DNA of 64,000 bases from Phoronis australis (lineage: Eukaryota; Animalia; Phoronida): NCBI GenBank assembly GCA_002633005.1, contig NMRA01000003.1, positions 480,696 to 544,695 of the forward strand. Direction: 5' to 3'. Each line of letters starts with the position of its first letter. The first letter of the stretch is position 1. The notes below the pieces were generated by a model. That model saw only the letters and a program-made list of their open reading frames with translations. It ran no database searches and was not told where the DNA came from. Below are positions 59,641-64,000 of this stretch, one piece after another. Made by a program: the position numbers and the translations under genes.

Positions 59641-60587
59641 ATTTCCGTGTTCCGAGTATGCCCCCATAACCATTATTTATTTTGTACATTATAATCCAGT
59701 TACCTAACATTCACGGATAAATACACTACTTTCTACATAAAAATTATACATAAATACATTAAATTATTTTTTATTTCAAAACCTTGGCTGAAATCTAAAT
59801 ATATTCTTCATGTGCTTACGTTTAATAGAAAAAGTTTGAGGAGCATCAAATTCGGTGCGAGGTCCAAAAAATATAGCGACGCCTGTTGCTCACGTGGGGA
59901 GGACATTAATTTGTGATTTTGGACATGGATTTAGCATCTAAAAAGAGTGTGGAAGACGAGGTATGCTCTAAGTTGTTTTGTGTTTACCTGTGTTTGCTTG
60001 TTAAATGTACAGTGTAATGCCTGGTTCTGTGCAGGGTAAAAGTGGAGTAAACGGGTCGCTCTTGAAAATGGCTGCTGAGAACAAATTTTCACCACAGACG
60101 TCCTCTGCTTCTGATCTAGACTAGGCTCCTAGGTAACAGGTAGGCAATGACCATCGCCTCTGTTAGCCCGACCAGAGGCGATGCAGCTCCTATAGGCGCT
60201 CCATACGCCGGAAGCTTTTCGGCGAATTATGCCTCGCACTGGCTAAAGCATGAAAGTCGCGTTATATCGTCCGGTTACCTATTTTCGTCAGGCTCCAAAG
60301 TTCGTCCGCCATCTTGTTTCGCGTGCAGCGCAACCACGCGGGACTTAGCGTTCCAATTTGGAGTGCTCGTCTGCACGTTAGGTACTAACTTATCGGAAGA
60401 GACACGTATCAAAGTAATGAGACAAAAATCGGTGAGTTTACCGATTGTTTTTTAAAACCACTTAAAAATCAGTAGATTTTACTAATACACTTTTTTGTGC
60501 GTTTTCAGAAGATGTTTTCGAATTTAAATTTTCTTCCGACGGGACACAAAACATGATCCAGGGTTTGTTTATGCAATGTATCTGTTT

Positions 60588-61221
60588 NNNNNNNNNNNNN
60601 NNNNNNNNNNNNNNNNNNNNNNNNNNNNNNNNNNNNNNNNNNNNNNNNNNNNNNNNNNNNNNNNNNNNNNNNNNNNNNNNNNNNNNNNNNNNNNNNNNNN
60701 NNNNNNNNNNNNNNNNNNNNNNNNNNNNNNNNNNNNNNNNNNNNNNNNNNNNNNNNNNNNNNNNNNNNNNNNNNNNNNNNNNNNNNNNNNNNNNNNNNNN
60801 NNNNNNNNNNNNNNNNNNNNNNNNNNNNNNNNNNNNNNNNNNNNNNNNNNNNNNNNNNNNNNNNNNNNNNNNNNNNNNNNNNNNNNNNNNNNNNNNNNNN
60901 NNNNNNNNNNNNNNNNNNNNNNNNNNNNNNNNNNNNNNNNNNNNNNNNNNNNNNNNNNNNNNNNNNNNNNNNNNNNNNNNNNNNNNNNNNNNNNNNNNNN
61001 NNNNNNNNNNNNNNNNNNNNNNNNNNNNNNNNNNNNNNNNNNNNNNNNNNNNNNNNNNNNNNNNNNNNNNNNNNNNNNNNNNNNNNNNNNNNNNNNNNNN
61101 NNNNNNNNNNNNNNNNNNNNNNNNNNNNNNNNNNNNNNNNNNNNNNNNNNNNNNNNNNNNNNNNNNNNNNNNNNNNNNNNNNNNNNNNNNNNNNNNNNNN
61201 NNNNNNNNNNNNNNNNNNNNN
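60588..61221. other. Assembly gap (634 N)
   Basis: Run of n. Confidence 1.
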
Positions 61222-61966
61222 TGTTGTAAATTCTTTGCTGAAATAAAGACTTACCTTTATAGAATTGCTGTGTTACTATATCTTGTCACCGAAAGCCACA
61301 TTTATGTTCCGACTGAACTTTAAAAAACACAACAAGCAAACCTTCGGAGAACCTAAATATCGGACACCATGTTTCCCTAAACGCCACACCGCGGAAAACT
61401 GACTAACCACGTAATGGCCACGGGCACCTTGTAGCCAAATTTCAGCTCGAGTGTTTTGACATATACACATGCTGCTAGAACACAGGTCCATTCGCAACAA
61501 AATTATCCATAAAATGAAATCTGATGACGGCTCCAAGTCATTTCGATGAATCAGTGCAGACGACTAAAGCACGTGCAAAGTCACTGCAGTTTTTGGAACC
61601 ACTTTGGCTTCTTGATGTGACACCCGCACGTGTGCGGTCGGGGTTTGACTTGAGTTTAAAAACAAATGAAAAAATGGAACAGTAACATATTGTCAGTTCA
61701 ATGAGAAAGTTTCATTGTGGAAAAAGATTTTATTTTCAACTTTTATAACCGATTTATACGATCGTCCATTTTAGGCCGACTTAGGGGTCTAAATTGCACC
61801 CTCTCTCGGTGGAATCGAAACGAGGCAACGCTGTAAAAAACGAGAAGGTGCCGGACATTACATGCATTACAACGTGTCATTTAATTCTCAGATTATGCTT
61901 CAAAGTAAGATTTTTTGAAATGTTCGATATTTAGGTTCCGTCCGATAATTAGGTACACTATGTGAC

Positions 61967-62600
61967 TTAGGAGGTTGGCGGTGTGTTTAATTCCTTCCAA
62001 CTCGAACACAAATACTTCCGTTATTGAACTTTTTGTTCGAGCAGTCACTCGTTCAGTTCCCAAAATCGTGAATTCGTCATTTTTATACTGCGCACGCTCC
62101 AATTTTTACAGCACTCGCTAGGTGATGTGAATTCATGACTTCAATCTTTAAATACGCCAAAGGTGAGCTATTGCTGTCTTGTCAGTCAAATGTTCGTTTC
62201 CCAAATGCCACCACTACTTGTCTTTAATTGGCATTACTTGAAACTGATTGTATTTCAATGAATTATTGTTTGTATTTGATAAAAATAAATGCTGTTGATA
62301 TGACATTTATTAGTCTTTGTGCACATATTTGACATTTTAATGTTTAACAATCACGGCAAATGCACGGTTGGTTCCCGGCAGCACATACGCAAAGGGGACT
62401 TCGGCTTTCAAAGTTCGCCGGTAGGACCGCAACTTCTGACCTTCGGCCTGGTTAAAAGAATGAGGTCATATCTCTTGGCGTGCGCCAAGTGTTGAGTTCA
62501 CGATTTTGGGAACTGAAATAGAGACTGCTCGAAGAAAAAGTTTTATAACGGGAGTATTTGTTTGAGTTGGAAAAAATTAAACACATCGACAACCTCCTAA
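61967..62600. mobile_element. Nested MITE with ~110-bp TIRs
   Basis: ttaggaggttggcggtgtgtttaat...cccaaaatcgtgaattc is inverse-complementary to gagttcacgattttggg...attaaacacatcgacaacctcctaa. Confidence 0.75.
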
Positions 62601-63297
62601 GGTATTCCTCTATGCACAAAAGGTATTTATAACAATGTGACTTGGATGTTTTAGTCGGTGCGAGGCATAATTCGCCAAAAAGCTTCCGGCGTATGGAGCG
62701 CCTATAGGAGCTGCATCGCCTCTGATCGGGCCAACAGAGGCGATAGTCATTGCCTAGGCAACACGCACAGGCGTCCTCAGCTGATCATCCCCAATACACT
62801 ACATATAATACTACAAGATAGAAATTCCACGGGTTCTTCAATTCAGCCATCCATATCAAACACATAACTCAATAAATTTACACAAAACAGGGGTTCAAAA
62901 ACCATGAGAAATTTGTTCTTTCTTATAATACCATTCACGGTGTCCTGCTCCAGCGAGTTCGCAAGAAATTCGCTGTCAAAGCACAAAAATGTTCCCAAAA
63001 AGCCCAAAATCGAAGACGTTACTGTAGCCGAGTTTTAGGACTGTAGGTACATCATTGTTTGCATGTACACGTTCTTGGACTGGGCGCTTATTTCAGCAAA
63101 GTCTGAAAACGCGTAGGGGGGGATGCTTATAGGGGCATGGGCAGTTATTACGGCGAATACGGTATATATTTAGTGTATTGGGAACGATCAAAAGCTGAAG
63201 ACGCCCGTGGTTTTCACTGAATAACGGACGTTGGCGCTATTCAGTGAAACTCGTTCCCAGTAGCCATTTTGAAGAGGAACCCCTGTACAACACTTTT

Positions 63298-63545
63298 ATT
63301 GGGATTTTCCGTAGATAAACCCACCCGATGAAATGCCCATGTATGTTTATTTGGAAAATTATGCCGAATCAACACCCATTGGCGTTTATTTGGTGTTGCG
63401 ACTTGTGGGGTCAAGTGTCTAAAAATAATTGGCGTTCATTCAGAAAATTTTCTCTTAAAAGCCCTGACAGCGTCAACTTTTATCCACAAATTCAGGTTTG
63501 CGCAACATTTATAATTAATAAAAATGTAAAAGTGGTGGCGAGCTA
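63298..63545. mobile_element. Partial copy of the MITE at 22902-23346
   Basis: gggattttccgtagataaacccacccgatgaaatgcccat... is the reverse complement of ~23098-23346. Confidence 0.65.
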
Positions 63546-64000
63546 TCTTGTAAATGTGCTTGTGGTGAGTCATATGAGCCTGTGTTAGCTACTTGCTAAC
63601 AGGCAATTGCTTATTGCCTGAATGGTTAGCATGCTCGCCGGTTTTATGAGAATCGCTGGTTCAATAGTCCTTTTGCGAGTTTATAACAATAACGCGAGAT
63701 TACGTGAGACTTAACTGTGACGTCACGGGAAGTGGGGCAAAAGCTTGTCGTTTGGCTCATTTGCCCAATACGTTAGCAGAGTGTATTCTGTTATTTTCTT
63801 CCACTTTTTGGCCGTTTAGTTCGAAAAATGCCAAACAAGCATTGCTGTTATGGCAAATGAAATTCAGATTCGCACTACAATACGTTCTATCGCGTTTTGT
63901 ACTAATTTCGTTTCGTGTATTTTAAACGGGCGATAGGCGAAATCCGCTTACTGATTAAGTTTTCACCACGTCAAAAATACATTCTACATCTAAAATTGTC

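Larger units (their letters stand above)
60141..62756. mobile_element. Non-autonomous DNA transposon with ~100-bp TIRs upstream of PRKDC; spans the assembly gap
   Basis: taggcaatgaccatcgcctctg...tatgcctcgcac (60141-60239) and its reverse complement at 62658-62756; 9-bp flanks ggtaacagg/ggcaacacg match 7 of 9. Confidence 0.78.

Noticed and set aside
59641-59673. Upstream in-frame start extending the N-terminus (MVMGAYSEHGN)
   Set aside because: The ATG at 59640 has good Kozak context and matches the expected DNA-PKcs start; the extension cannot be excluded without transcript data.
60553-61323. Long ORFs in the ORF track
   Set aside because: Artefacts of the N gap.

Overview
This is AT-rich animal genomic DNA, probably an invertebrate; the repeat content suggests a mollusc or other lophotrochozoan, but that is an inference. 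Most of the window is one intron-rich gene on the minus strand, PRKDC (DNA-PKcs). I traced 68 coding exons by hand from the ATG at 59640 down to 190. All have GT-AG boundaries with compatible phases, and together they give 9,993 nt (3,331 codons). They cover the N-HEAT and M-HEAT regions, the PQR- and ABCDE-equivalent S/TQ clusters, the [11 protein letters not shown] motif and the start of the FAT domain; the rest of FAT, the kinase and FATC lie beyond position 1. Introns and the upstream region are dense with mobile elements. These include an internally deleted Kolobok-type transposon (TTAA TSD, ~158-bp TIRs, convergent THAP-transposase and Cys-rich KolX-like N-termini), about six copies of a Helentron-associated (HINE/DINE-like) element with internal satellite, several MITEs, two tRNA-headed SINEs, a HIRAN-like pseudo-ORF and nested inverted repeats upstream of exon 1. 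The most unusual pattern is that four exons (16, 49, 50, 61) have their 3' end and/or splice donor tandemly duplicated into the intron, leaving arrays of decoy donors. There is a 634-N gap at 60588-61221. All coordinates were read by eye and may be off by a few bases.
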